A DNA stretch of 64,000 bases from Candidatus Eiseniibacteriota bacterium. GTDB taxonomy: Bacteria > Eisenbacteria > RBG-16-71-46. Shown piece after piece: positions 1-9,531 of the stretch. Position numbers and translations under genes: made by a program. Each line of letters opens with the position of its first letter. The stretch's first letter is position 1. The stretch is from NCBI GenBank assembly GCA_963707915.1, contig OY970178.1:864001-928000 (forward strand), in the 5' to 3' direction. Below the pieces are notes generated by a model. The model was not told where the DNA came from and did no database searches. It was given only the letters and a program-made list of their open reading frames with translations.

Positions 1-51
1 ATCGCGGTCGTGCTTGGAGCCGAAGATCTTCTTCAGCAGACTTTCGAACAT
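1..51 (-). CDS. secA: Preprotein translocase SecA, N-terminal 17 codons (runs off the window)
   Basis: Reverse strand reads MFESLLKKIFGSKHDRD, a typical SecA N-terminus. Not in the ORF track. Confidence 0.8.
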   Translation of the reverse strand, partial: MFESLLKKIFGSKHDRD

Positions 52-174
52 GGGCGGGAGAATAGTGGTTCTGTCAAGTGAATGCGAATCGGCGGGCCGG
101 GACGCGCCGCCCCGGGGACGACTGCGACCCGGTGCCGGTGGCACCGGGTCGCGCGGACTTCGAGCACCGCAGGA

Positions 175-378
175 CTAGATCAGCTTCGTGACGTGAGCGG
201 CCTCAGCACCCCGTTCGCTGGTCCGAACTTCGAACTCCACCTGCTCGCCGACCTGGAGCGTCCGAAATCCGTGCCCCTCGATGGAGGAGTGATGAACGAA
301 GACTTCCGCTTCACCTTCCGCCGCGATGAAACCATAACCCTTGTGGTCGCTGAACCATTTGACGGTACCACGCGCCAT
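175..378 (-). CDS. Cold-shock protein (CspA family)
   Basis: MARGTVKWFSDHKGYGFI...VFVHHSSI has RNP1/RNP2 motifs; 67 aa; GAGGAG RBS upstream. Confidence 0.95.
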   Translation of the reverse strand: MARGTVKWFSDHKGYGFIAAEGEAEVFVHHSSIEGHGFRTLQVGEQVEFEVRTSERGAEAAHVTKLI

Positions 379-432
379 GGGTGGTGCTCCTCTCTCGTGG
401 GAGAGTCCTGCCCCGGCTCGAAGGCCATGCAT

Positions 433-461
433 AGATTGGACGCGGGCGGGCGGCCCGTCAA
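433..461 (-). promoter_or_regulatory. Putative sigma70 promoter for the cold-shock gene
   Basis: TTGACG-N17-CAATCT on the minus strand. Confidence 0.4.
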
Positions 462-539
462 GGGTCATCGCGCCTTGGAACGGAGCGCCCGTGCGCGCCC
501 CGGTGCTCCGGCGCGCAGGAACCGCGGGCACCGGACGCG

Positions 540-1481
540 TCAGGCGTCCTCGTGCGCCCGTTCCGAGCGGGCCGGACGGCGGCCGCGCGATGTCCAGAGT
601 TCGTGAAGCGCGAGCGCCTGGGGGTGGGCGGGTTCGCGACGCAGCACCGACGCCACCTGCTCGTCCGCCTGCGCCCACTCGCCGGCGCCGTCGAGCGCGC
701 GGGCGAACTGCAGCCGCGCCGCGTGGAAGTCGGGATTCAGCTCGAGCGCGCGCGCCAGCGTACCGAGCGCGTCGTCGTAGTGCCCGCGCTGCAGTTCGGC
801 CGAGCCCAGCAGGTAGTGCAGGTCGGGCCAGCCCTCCCGTCCCGGCAGGGCCGCCCTCAGCAGCCCGTCGGCCTGCACCGCGTCGCCCGCCTCGAGCAGC
901 GCGCGGGCACGCTCCAGGACGCTCCCGTCCGCCGGCTCGTCCAGCGCCAGCGCGCCCGCGAAGAGCGCGCCCGCCTCCTCCCACTCGGCCCGCTCCAGGC
1001 TCTCCAGTCCCTGCTGGAACAGCAGCGGCCGCTCCACCCGCGTCTCGCGCGCCAGCCCGCGCAGGGAATCGAGCGCTTCGCCGATGTACCCTTCGGCGGC
1101 GTCGAGCAACGCGCGCTCCAGCCGTGCGGCGGTGTAGCGCGGGTTGAGGGCCAGCGCCCGCTCGAGCTCGCGGCGCGCCTCGGGTCGGCGGCGGAGCTGC
1201 AGCAACAGCCGTGCCCGCCGGTAGTGGAGGTCGGGGTACTCGTCGCGGAGCCGCAGCGCCGCCTCGAGCGCCGTCGACGCCTGTGCCGCGTCCCCCGCGG
1301 CCTCGGCCAGCCGGGCGACGTGGACCAGCGCGTCGGCCGCCGCGGACTGGCGCTGCGCCGCCGGCGTTCCCTCGAGCATCCGCCGCTCGACCTGCTCGAC
1401 GGCCTGCGCGTAGCGGCCCGCGCGCGCGGTGCGAACCGCGGCGGCGAACTCCGATTCCGGGACCGGGTTGGGGCGCGTCAC
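540..1481 (-). CDS. Tetratricopeptide-repeat protein
   Basis: Repeated helical TPR-like motifs (YPDLHYRRA, RALALNPRY, WPDLHYLLG, RALELNPDF). GTG start overlaps the upstream stop (GTGA). Confidence 0.8.
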   Translation of the reverse strand: MTRPNPVPESEFAAAVRTARAGRYAQAVEQVERRMLEGTPAAQRQSAAADALVHVARLAEAAGDAAQASTALEAALRLRDEYPDLHYRRARLLLQLRRRPEARRELERALALNPRYTAARLERALLDAAEGYIGEALDSLRGLARETRVERPLLFQQGLESLERAEWEEAGALFAGALALDEPADGSVLERARALLEAGDAVQADGLLRAALPGREGWPDLHYLLGSAELQRGHYDDALGTLARALELNPDFHAARLQFARALDGAGEWAQADEQVASVLRREPAHPQALALHELWTSRGRRPARSERAHEDA

Positions 1482-2131
1482 AGCGGACTCCACAGGAGGC
1501 GCATCGCGTAGCCCGCCATGAGGGTCATGGCGAGGTTGTCGTCGAGGGGTATCGGCAGGAGCTCGGCCAGACTTGCGACCGCCGCGCCGGCCACCACGAC
1601 CCCCCAGGGCAGGAACCCGGTGGCCGCCAGGAAGGCCGCCCACAGCAGGCAGGCCCCGAACCCGCCCAGGGCGCCCTCGAGCGTCTTGCGAAAGACGCGC
1701 CGGCGGCCCCAGGCCTTCCCCACGATGGCCGCGAAGCCGTCCCCCAGGACCGTGAAGCCCAGCGCCGCCGCCGCGATCGGCCGCGGGAACAGGTCCACGG
1801 CGAGCAGCGCCGCCATCAACAAGTAGGTCGAGCCCAGCAGCCCCATGTCCTCGTGCTCGCGCAGCATGCCGCCGAGGAAGTCGCGGAACAGCCGCTTCAC
1901 GCGCTGCTCCTGCAGCCGGAGCACGTCGATCGCCAGCGCGCCGCAGGACAGCGCCAGCAGCAGCACCGTCCACTGCGCGCGGCCGCGGGGCCAGGGCAGG
2001 ACCTCGAAGAGCAGGTCGAGCGGCAGCACCAGCAGCGAGAGATGGATGGCCTTGCGCCGCAACTCGGAGAGGAACGACGGCGAGCGCAGCGCGGCCAGCG
2101 GATCGGGCGAGGGAGCGTGGTCCGGCGGCAT
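1478..2131 (-). CDS. Dolichol/phytol kinase-like CTP-dependent membrane kinase
   Basis: ELRRKAIH, GDGFAAIVG, KTLEG and DDNL motifs; multiple hydrophobic segments. Confidence 0.85.
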   Translation of the reverse strand: MPPDHAPSPDPLAALRSPSFLSELRRKAIHLSLLVLPLDLLFEVLPWPRGRAQWTVLLLALSCGALAIDVLRLQEQRVKRLFRDFLGGMLREHEDMGLLGSTYLLMAALLAVDLFPRPIAAAALGFTVLGDGFAAIVGKAWGRRRVFRKTLEGALGGFGACLLWAAFLAATGFLPWGVVVAGAAVASLAELLPIPLDDNLAMTLMAGYAMRLLWSPL

Positions 2132-2221
2132 CACGCGACCGAGGCTAGCAGAAGCGCGGGCCGCCGTGTCGCACGAAACGCGGCCGCGGGGCGGGGCGGA
2201 TGGGGGCGGCTCCACCCCGGC

Positions 2222-4540
2222 TCACGGCGCCTCGGCGGTGGGCCGCAGCTCGCGGTAGGCCTGGCGGTAGCCGAGGATCCGCCGGGCGTAGTCCTGCGCC
2301 AGCGGGTTCGAGACCAGCTCGCACAGCAGCGCTTCTCCCCCGCGCCCCCGCAGCTCGCGCCAGCGCGGCGAGAGGCTCCCCGGCCCGGCGTTGTAAGCCG
2401 CGAGCGCCGCGGCCACGCTGCCGTCGAAGCGGCGCGCCAGCCGCGCGAGGTAGCGCGCGCCGTAGCGCACGTTGGTCTCCGGGTCGAACAGCGTGGCTTC
2501 GGTGGGCTCCGGCTCGCGGGCCCAGCGCGCCACGTCCCGCGCCGTGGCGAGCTTGAGCTGCATCAGGCCGAGCGCGTCGCTGAGCGAGCGGGCGCGCGCA
2601 TCGAAGCGGCTCTCCTGGTAGGCGACGGCGAAGAGCAGCGCGGGCTCGACGTCCGCGACGGCGCTGTCGCGCGGCGCGACGAAGAGCGACTCGAAGGCGG
2701 GCGGGAACTCCCAGGGGACGGCGTCCCACGGCTGCCCCGCGGCGCGGCCCGACTGCGACTCGCGGGCCATCCCGGCCAGCGAGCTGGCCATGCCCAGGCG
2801 TCCGATCGAGTACGCCTGACGGGCCGCGTAGAGCCACTCGGCGGCCCGCGGCTCCCACGAGCGGGGCCGCACCCGCACATCGCCCGCGACCCAGCGGGCG
2901 AGCAGCAGCGCGGCCTCGTCGACCAGGCCGAGACCGGCCAGGTCCCTCACCTCGCGCAGCGGTTCGCACAGCGAGTCCTCGCCGCACCGGTCGGCGGCGA
3001 TCCCGCCCGTCCAGCCGCGCACCCCCAGCGAGTCGCGGGCGGCGGCGCGGTAGAACGAGTAGCCGGGCCGCGCGGCCACCGCGCGCAGCAACGAGTCCCC
3101 GCCGGCCGTGTCGCCCAGCGCGCGCCGCGCCACGCCGACCCAGAAGCGGGCGTCGTCCGACGAGTCCGGCGCCCAGCAGGCGAGCGCCGAGTCCGTCCGC
3201 CCCAGCGCGAAGTGCAGGAGCCCGGACCGGAAGCGCGCCTCGCGGCCGCGCGCGGCCGCGCGCGGCACCCGGCCGTACCAGCGCAGGGACTCCTCCCATC
3301 GCCCCGCGTCCTCCGCCGTCCGGCCGGCCTCCCAGCCCAACCTCGGCCGCAGCGAATCCTCGCCCGCGAGGCGGGCGTAGATCGCCAGCGCCGAGTCGGG
3401 GCGCCCGGCGCCCAGCTCGGCGCGCGCCTTCTCCATCCACAGCCGCGCGCGCGGCGCCGCCCGCTCCGGCGCGCGCAGCAGGGCGTCGATCGTGGCACCC
3501 GCTTCGGAGAACCGCCGCGTCGCCCGCAGCAGTTCGCACAGGCGGAGCGCCGCGGCACCTCCCGCGCCGCCCGAAGCCGGGCCTGCCACCACCGCGCGCA
3601 GCCTGCGGATCGCTGCCGCGCGCCGGCCGGCGAACGCGTCGACCTCCGCCGCCGCCCGTTGTTCCTCCGCGGTGAGCGAGTCCCCGCGCGCCCCCAGCAG
3701 GGTCTCGAGCAGGGCGAGCGACCGCCCCGTGGCGGGCAGCGACGGGTAGACGCGCAGCGCCTGGCGCGCGAAGCCGACCGCGCGCGCCGTGTCCCCCAGG
3801 TCCGTCCTCAGGCGGACCCGCAGCGCCAGCCAGGCGGCGCGCTCCGCGTCCGGCCAGCCCTCGCGGTCCGCGGACTCGAGCAGCGAATCGGCGCGCGCGG
3901 TCGCACCACGGGCCAGCGCCAGCTCGGCGCGCTGGCGCACCACGGGCCAGGCCCACACCGAGCGGGCCAGCGGCGGGCTCGCCAGGAACGAGTCCGCCGC
4001 CAGCGTGTCGCCGTCGGCCAGCGCCAGCCGGGCGACCTGCCGCCACGCCGCGACCATCGGCTGCACGCCCTCCGCCATGTGCCGCCAGAAGACCACGCTG
4101 TCGAAGACGGCGCTGTCCCCGCGCACCTCCTCCCACTCGGGAAGACCGCAGGCGCGCACGGCCGGGCCGGGGGCGGGCCCCCGGGTCCAGACCACGCGGC
4201 CCGCGGCCACCCGCCGCGGCGCCAGCGTGACCGGCCCCGGCGCGCGCGGGTCGGCCGCCACGCCCCGCCACGCCACGTGCGCGCCGAGCCTCAGCGGCGC
4301 GAGCGGCTGGGGGCCGACCGGCAGCACGTGGACCGTCACCGCCCCCGGGAGCGTGTCGCGCCCGTCCTCCCGCGGCGCGGCCCCGGTCGCCACCGGCGGC
4401 AGCGGCGGGCGCAGCGAATCGAGCGGCACGTGCGCCCACCAGGCCCGCGTGCCGCTCCACGCCGGCGCGACGCCGGTCGCCGCGCACCCCAGGGCCGCGC
4501 ACAGCGCCATCCACGCCGCGCCCCGCATCGCCCGGCTCAC
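2222..4540 (-). CDS. Soluble lytic transglycosylase (helical/TPR scaffold plus SLT domain)
   Basis: C-terminal QESRF, ALGLMQL and AAYNAG motifs; signal-peptide-like N-terminus; start overlaps the guaA stop. Confidence 0.85.
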   Translation of the reverse strand: MSRAMRGAAWMALCAALGCAATGVAPAWSGTRAWWAHVPLDSLRPPLPPVATGAAPREDGRDTLPGAVTVHVLPVGPQPLAPLRLGAHVAWRGVAADPRAPGPVTLAPRRVAAGRVVWTRGPAPGPAVRACGLPEWEEVRGDSAVFDSVVFWRHMAEGVQPMVAAWRQVARLALADGDTLAADSFLASPPLARSVWAWPVVRQRAELALARGATARADSLLESADREGWPDAERAAWLALRVRLRTDLGDTARAVGFARQALRVYPSLPATGRSLALLETLLGARGDSLTAEEQRAAAEVDAFAGRRAAAIRRLRAVVAGPASGGAGGAAALRLCELLRATRRFSEAGATIDALLRAPERAAPRARLWMEKARAELGAGRPDSALAIYARLAGEDSLRPRLGWEAGRTAEDAGRWEESLRWYGRVPRAAARGREARFRSGLLHFALGRTDSALACWAPDSSDDARFWVGVARRALGDTAGGDSLLRAVAARPGYSFYRAAARDSLGVRGWTGGIAADRCGEDSLCEPLREVRDLAGLGLVDEAALLLARWVAGDVRVRPRSWEPRAAEWLYAARQAYSIGRLGMASSLAGMARESQSGRAAGQPWDAVPWEFPPAFESLFVAPRDSAVADVEPALLFAVAYQESRFDARARSLSDALGLMQLKLATARDVARWAREPEPTEATLFDPETNVRYGARYLARLARRFDGSVAAALAAYNAGPGSLSPRWRELRGRGGEALLCELVSNPLAQDYARRILGYRQAYRELRPTAEAP

Positions 4541-6078
4541 TCCCACTCGATCGTCGCCGGGGGCTTCGACGTGCAGTCGTAGACCACGCGGTTGATGCCG
4601 CGCACCTCGTTGACGATGCGCGAAGAGACCCGCGCCAGCAGGCTTGCCGGCAGGCGCGTCCAGTCGGCGGTCATGCCGTCCTGGCTGTTCACCGCGCGCA
4701 ACGCGATGACCCGCTCGTAGGAGCGCTCGTCACCCTTCACCCCCACGGTCGAGACCGGCAGCAGCACCGCCATCGCCTGCCAGGTCCGTCCGTACCACTT
4801 CGCGCGGCGCAGCTCCTCAATGAAGATCGCGTCGGCGCGGCGCAGCAGGTCGAGGTCGTGCTCGGTGACCGCGCCGAGGATGCGCACGGCGAGCCCCGGC
4901 CCCGGGAACGGGTGGCGGTCCACCAGGTGGTCCGGCAGCCCGAGCGCGCGGCCCAGCTCGCGCACCTCGTCCTTGAACAGCAGGCGCAGCGGCTCGATGA
5001 GCTTGAGGTTCATCCGGTCCGGCAGGCCGCCGACGTTGTGATGGCTCTTGATGACCCGCGAGCCGAACCCCGCCGAGGCGCTCTCGATCACGTCCGGGTA
5101 GAGCGTGCCCTGGGCGAGCCACTCGATCGGGCCGATCCGCTTCGCCTCGGCCTCGAACACGCCGATGAACTCCTCGCCGATGATCTTGCGCTTGCGCTCC
5201 GGGTCGCTCACCCCGTCGAGCCGGTCGAGGAAGCGCCGGCGGGCGTCCACGATCTCGAGTCTCAGACCGCGCGCCACCCCCAGCTCGCGGGCGACCTCCT
5301 CGGCTTCCCCTTCGCGCAGCAGGCCGTGGTTCACCATCACGCAGGTGAGCCGCTTCCCGACCGCGCGGTGGCAGAGGGTCGCGACCACGCTCGAATCCAC
5401 GCCGCCCGAGAGCCCGCAGAGGACGTGGCCCTGCGGCCCCACCTGCGCGCGGATCGAGGCGACCGCGCTCTTCAGGAACGACCGCACGCTCCAGCCGCCC
5501 TTCAACCGCGCCACCCCGAAGAGGAAGTTCGCCAGCACCTGCTTCCCGTGGGGCGAGTGCACCACCTCGGGGTGGAACTGGATCAGGTGGAAGGGCCGCC
5601 GCTCGTGCTGCACCGCCGCGAAGGCGCAGTTCGCGGTGTGCGCCACCCGGCGCCAGCCCGCGGGGAGCACCGCCACCTCGTCCGCGTGGCTCATCCACGC
5701 GCGGAAGCGCATGGGCACCTTCGCGAACAGCGGCGAGCGGCCGTCCTGGACGAAGGTCGCCGTACCGTACTCGGCGCGCGCCGCCCGCTGGAGCTCCCCG
5801 CCCATCCGCTGCATCGTGGCCTGGAACCCGTAGCAGATGCCGAGCAGCGGCTTTCCCAGCTCGTAGATGCCGGGGTCGGGCAGCGGGGCGGCGACCTGGT
5901 AGCCGCTCGCCGGCGAGCCCGAGAGGATCAGCGCGCTCGGCCGACGCGCGGCGATCGCCGCCGCGGGCGTGGTGCCCGGCACGACCTCCGAGAACACCCC
6001 GAGCTCGCGCACCCGGCGCGCGATCAGCTGCGTGGTCTGGGAGCCGAAGTCGAGGATGACGACGAGTTCGCGGGGCAT
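4537..6078 (-). CDS. guaA: GMP synthase (glutamine-hydrolysing)
   Basis: LDFGSQ, LGICYG, QFHPEV, SGGVDS, IKSHHNVGGLP motifs and C-terminal KPPATIEWE. Confidence 0.98.
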   Translation of the reverse strand: MPRELVVILDFGSQTTQLIARRVRELGVFSEVVPGTTPAAAIAARRPSALILSGSPASGYQVAAPLPDPGIYELGKPLLGICYGFQATMQRMGGELQRAARAEYGTATFVQDGRSPLFAKVPMRFRAWMSHADEVAVLPAGWRRVAHTANCAFAAVQHERRPFHLIQFHPEVVHSPHGKQVLANFLFGVARLKGGWSVRSFLKSAVASIRAQVGPQGHVLCGLSGGVDSSVVATLCHRAVGKRLTCVMVNHGLLREGEAEEVARELGVARGLRLEIVDARRRFLDRLDGVSDPERKRKIIGEEFIGVFEAEAKRIGPIEWLAQGTLYPDVIESASAGFGSRVIKSHHNVGGLPDRMNLKLIEPLRLLFKDEVRELGRALGLPDHLVDRHPFPGPGLAVRILGAVTEHDLDLLRRADAIFIEELRRAKWYGRTWQAMAVLLPVSTVGVKGDERSYERVIALRAVNSQDGMTADWTRLPASLLARVSSRIVNEVRGINRVVYDCTSKPPATIEWE

Positions 6079-6107
6079 GGTCCGTCTCCCGGCGCCTGCG
6101 GCAGGCC

Positions 6108-6866
6108 TCAGCGCGGGCCGCGCGACGCGGCGGCTCCGAGCACGAAGTTCGCGGCGACCCAGGCGGGCAGCCGCGCGATGGTGTCGATGGCGGGCTCGCC
6201 GTCGACGGCGTAGTCGCCGAACGGGTCGAGCAGGACGAAGCGGAGTCCCGCGGCCCGCGCGCCCACGCCGTCCACGCGGCGCAGGTCCCCGACGTAGAGC
6301 ACGCGCGCGGCGGGCAGCTGCAGCCGCTCGAGCGCCCCCCGGAAGATGCCGGGCTCCGGCTTGGCGACGCCCACGTGGTGCGAATCCACCACGAACTCGA
6401 GCCCGTGGAGCACGCCGCACGCGGCGAGGTGCTCCGCCGCACGCCCGTCCGAGTTGGAGATGCAGGCCAGCCGCAGGCCCAGCCGGGCCAGCGCGTCCAG
6501 ACAGCCGCGCGCGCCCTCGACCGGGCGGGTCCACAGCCCGGGCCCGGCCTGGCGCGCGAAGAAGCGCTGCAGGGCGGGGTCGAGCAGGGCCTGCGGCACC
6601 CCGGCAGCCTCGAGGATGACGCGGAAGTACAGTCGCGTGTCGCCGCGCTCGCCCAGGCGGGGCTCACCCGCGACGATCACGGGCGGCGGCTCGTCGAAGG
6701 CCAGGTCGAAAGCCTTGCGGGCCGCGACCTCCGAACGGCGCAGCGCCGCAGCGTCCACCTCGTGGCCCAGGGAGCCCACCGTCTCGCTCATCCACTCGAA
6801 GTCGAGACGCACCAGCGTGCCGCCGGCGTCGAAGACGACGGCCTCCAGCACCGGGCGCTCAGCCAC
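6108..6866 (-). CDS. HAD-superfamily hydrolase (subfamily IA)
   Basis: FDAGGTL, ISNSD, KPEPGIF and YVGD...D motifs. Confidence 0.9.
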   Translation of the reverse strand: MAERPVLEAVVFDAGGTLVRLDFEWMSETVGSLGHEVDAAALRRSEVAARKAFDLAFDEPPPVIVAGEPRLGERGDTRLYFRVILEAAGVPQALLDPALQRFFARQAGPGLWTRPVEGARGCLDALARLGLRLACISNSDGRAAEHLAACGVLHGLEFVVDSHHVGVAKPEPGIFRGALERLQLPAARVLYVGDLRRVDGVGARAAGLRFVLLDPFGDYAVDGEPAIDTIARLPAWVAANFVLGAAASRGPR

Positions 6867-6966
6867 GGGCGACCTCCGCGCGAGCGCGCGGGACGGCGGG
6901 CCGGGGCGGGCGGGACGTGGGCACGCCGCAATCTACCAACCGCGCCGGCGGCCCGGCAAACGCCGG

Positions 6967-9342
6967 TCAGCGCCGCCGCGGCAGTCCCGCGGTCGCGCCG
7001 GGCCCGCATCGCGCGGGGTTCGCGCCCGGCCGCGCGCGACGCCAATCCAGCTCCTCCACGCCGTCCGGCGACCACTCGAGCCACACCGCCCCCGCGGCGT
7101 CGGTGCGCAGCACGCGGGTGCCGGCCGCCCGCAGCCGCTCGAGCAGGGCCGGCGCCGGGTGACCGAAGCGGTTCCTCGCCCCCACCGAGAGCAACACGCG
7201 ACGCGGGCGCATCCGCCCGAGCAGGCGTGCCCCGGTCGAGGAGGCCGCGCCGTGGTGCGCGACCTTCAGCAACCCCAGGCCCGGCGCTCCGCCCACCGAG
7301 TCGTCGACCGTGCTGTCCACGTCCGCCATGAAGAGCAGGCGCCCGTTTCCGCTCCCGGCCTCGATCACCAGGCCGGCGCCGTTGTCGGAGCCGGCCGACG
7401 GGCGCCGCGGCGGCCAGGCCACTCGCACCGGCGGCTCGGCGCTCAGCACGGCGCCGCGGGCGAGGCGCTCGACGGCGTGCCCGGCCGGGAGTCTCCGTTC
7501 GTCGTGGCGCGGGGACGCGCCGACGCGCTCGACCCCCATCCCGCGCAGCACCGCCGCCGCCCCGCCCGCGTGGTCGGCGTCATCGTGCGTGAGCAGCAAC
7601 CGCTCCAGCCGCCGGACCCCCGCCCAGCGGTAGAAGGGCAGCACGACGCCCTCCCCCGCGTCGTAGCCGGGCGTGCGCGGACCGGCGTCCAGCAGCCACC
7701 ACCCGCGGCCGAAGGCGAGCGCGAACGCATCGCCCTGGCCGACGTCGAGCGCCACGACCCAGGCGCGGCCCGCCGGCGGCGAGAGCGGCCGCACCGTGAC
7801 GACACAGAGCAGCGCGACCCCCAGCAGGATGACGCCGACGATCCCGGCCGCCTGGCGTGCCGGCGGGTCGGGCCGCAGCCGCCCCTCGAGCGTGCGCGGC
7901 CGCGGCAGGGCCAGGGCGAGCAGCGCGACCCCGAGCGCCGCGCACCACGGGATCCCGCCCTCCGCCCCCGCCGCGCTGAGCGACGCGGGCGCCCGCGCCG
8001 CCGTGACCGTGGTCCCCCGGAACACCGCGGCGAGCACCTCGCCGGCGGAGAACCACGGGTGCCCCATCCCCGGCACGGCCGCCTCCGCCAGCGCCCCCAG
8101 CCAGGCCGCGACCAGCAGCAACCCCGAGACCGGCACCGCGACCAGGTTCGAGAACGTGCCCACCCAGGAGACCGCGTGGAAGCGCGCGAGCAGCAGCGGC
8201 AGCGCGGTGGCCTGGGCGCCGAGCGTCGGGATGAACGGGGCGCACCACGCGCGCCAGCGCCCCGCGCGCTCGGTGAGCCACGGGCCAAAGGTCACCAGCC
8301 CGAGCGTCGCCGCGAACGAGAGCTGGAAGCCCAGGTCGGCGGCCCAGCCCGGCGCGCAGGCCAGCAGCCCGAGCGCGCTCAGCGCCAGCGACTGCAGCGG
8401 GTCGAGGGCGCGCCCGCGCAGCGTCGCGACCGCCATCAGGCACTCGTGGGCCGCCGCGCGCATCAGCGAAGGGAGCGGCCCCGCGATGCCGGCGTAGAAC
8501 AGCGCGCAGAGTCCCGCCGCCACCGCGCGCGCCCTCACCCCGCCTCCGGCCGACGCCACCGCCGCGCGCGCGATCGAGGCAAGCCAGGCGACGTGCAGCC
8601 CGGAGAGCGCCAGCAGGTGGATGAGCCCCGAAGCGCGCAGGTCGGCGTAGAGCCCGGTCGAGAGCGCGGAACGATCGCCGGTGACCAGCGGAACCACCAG
8701 CTCGCGCGCCTCCGCCGAGAGCCCGGCGTCGAGCCGGCGCTCGATCCCGCGCCGCCAGCGCGCCACCGTCGCGCGCGGCCACGCCCCCGGCAGCGACGCG
8801 GGCGCGACCCGCGCGATGAATGCCCGGCCCGACGCGGTGAGCGCGGCGGCATTCGCGACGGCCAGCCCGTCGAAGCCGCCCGGGTTGCGCGCCGGGCGGG
8901 GCGGATCGACCCGCACCACGGCGTCGAGGACGTCGCCCCACTCCGCCGCCGACGCCGCCGGCAGCCGCACGCGCAGCCGGGTGCCCGCCACCAGCGCGGG
9001 ATGCGCGCGGTGCACCGCGACGATGGCGACCGGCTCGCCGGCCTCGCGTGGCGGAGGCTCCGCGACCCGCGCCGTGACGCGGTAGAACGCGCCGCCCCGC
9101 GACACCGCTGCCCGCTCGCCGTCCAGCACCGCGCGATGCCCCGCGCCGCGCGCGCAGGCCGCGCACGCCAACGCCACCAGCGCCGCGGCGGTGCCCACCC
9201 GCGGCGGCGCGCCCCACGCCAGCCACGCGAGCAGGATGCCGACGACGAGCACCGCGTGCGCGAGCGGCGGACCGCACTGCATCCCCAGCAGCACGCCGCC
9301 CCAGACCACGATGCCGGCCGCCACCGCCCCCCGACCACCCAT
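6967..9342 (-). CDS. comEC: DNA uptake/competence protein ComEC/Rec2
   Basis: NPGGFD, HLLALSGLHV, GFQLSF, LDVGQGD, THDDADH and HHG motifs. Confidence 0.93.
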   Translation of the reverse strand: MGGRGAVAAGIVVWGGVLLGMQCGPPLAHAVLVVGILLAWLAWGAPPRVGTAAALVALACAACARGAGHRAVLDGERAAVSRGGAFYRVTARVAEPPPREAGEPVAIVAVHRAHPALVAGTRLRVRLPAASAAEWGDVLDAVVRVDPPRPARNPGGFDGLAVANAAALTASGRAFIARVAPASLPGAWPRATVARWRRGIERRLDAGLSAEARELVVPLVTGDRSALSTGLYADLRASGLIHLLALSGLHVAWLASIARAAVASAGGGVRARAVAAGLCALFYAGIAGPLPSLMRAAAHECLMAVATLRGRALDPLQSLALSALGLLACAPGWAADLGFQLSFAATLGLVTFGPWLTERAGRWRAWCAPFIPTLGAQATALPLLLARFHAVSWVGTFSNLVAVPVSGLLLVAAWLGALAEAAVPGMGHPWFSAGEVLAAVFRGTTVTAARAPASLSAAGAEGGIPWCAALGVALLALALPRPRTLEGRLRPDPPARQAAGIVGVILLGVALLCVVTVRPLSPPAGRAWVVALDVGQGDAFALAFGRGWWLLDAGPRTPGYDAGEGVVLPFYRWAGVRRLERLLLTHDDADHAGGAAAVLRGMGVERVGASPRHDERRLPAGHAVERLARGAVLSAEPPVRVAWPPRRPSAGSDNGAGLVIEAGSGNGRLLFMADVDSTVDDSVGGAPGLGLLKVAHHGAASSTGARLLGRMRPRRVLLSVGARNRFGHPAPALLERLRAAGTRVLRTDAAGAVWLEWSPDGVEELDWRRARPGANPARCGPGATAGLPRRR

Positions 9343-9460
9343 GCCTGCGCATCCACCGGAAGAGGCGTGCCATGCCCGGGCATCACTCCGGCGCGGCGAT
9401 CGCGCGCCCTCGGCACGGGTTGCGGGCGGGCGGCCGCGCTCCGCCCGCAGGCGAAGCGCG

Positions 9461-9489
9461 GGGGCCCGTCCACGCCGTGGACGGGCCCC
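9461..9489. terminator. Perfect 13-bp hairpin downstream of the PEGA gene
   Basis: GGGGCCCGTCCAC-GCC-GTGGACGGGCCCC; no clear U-tract. Confidence 0.5.
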
Positions 9490-9531
9490 GTTCGTCGTTG
9501 TCGCCGGCTCGCCCGCCGCGCGGGCCGTGGG

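Noticed and set aside
59..77. TTGACA and TATTCT upstream of secA
   Set aside because: The spacer is only 7 bp, so this is not a canonical sigma70 pair.
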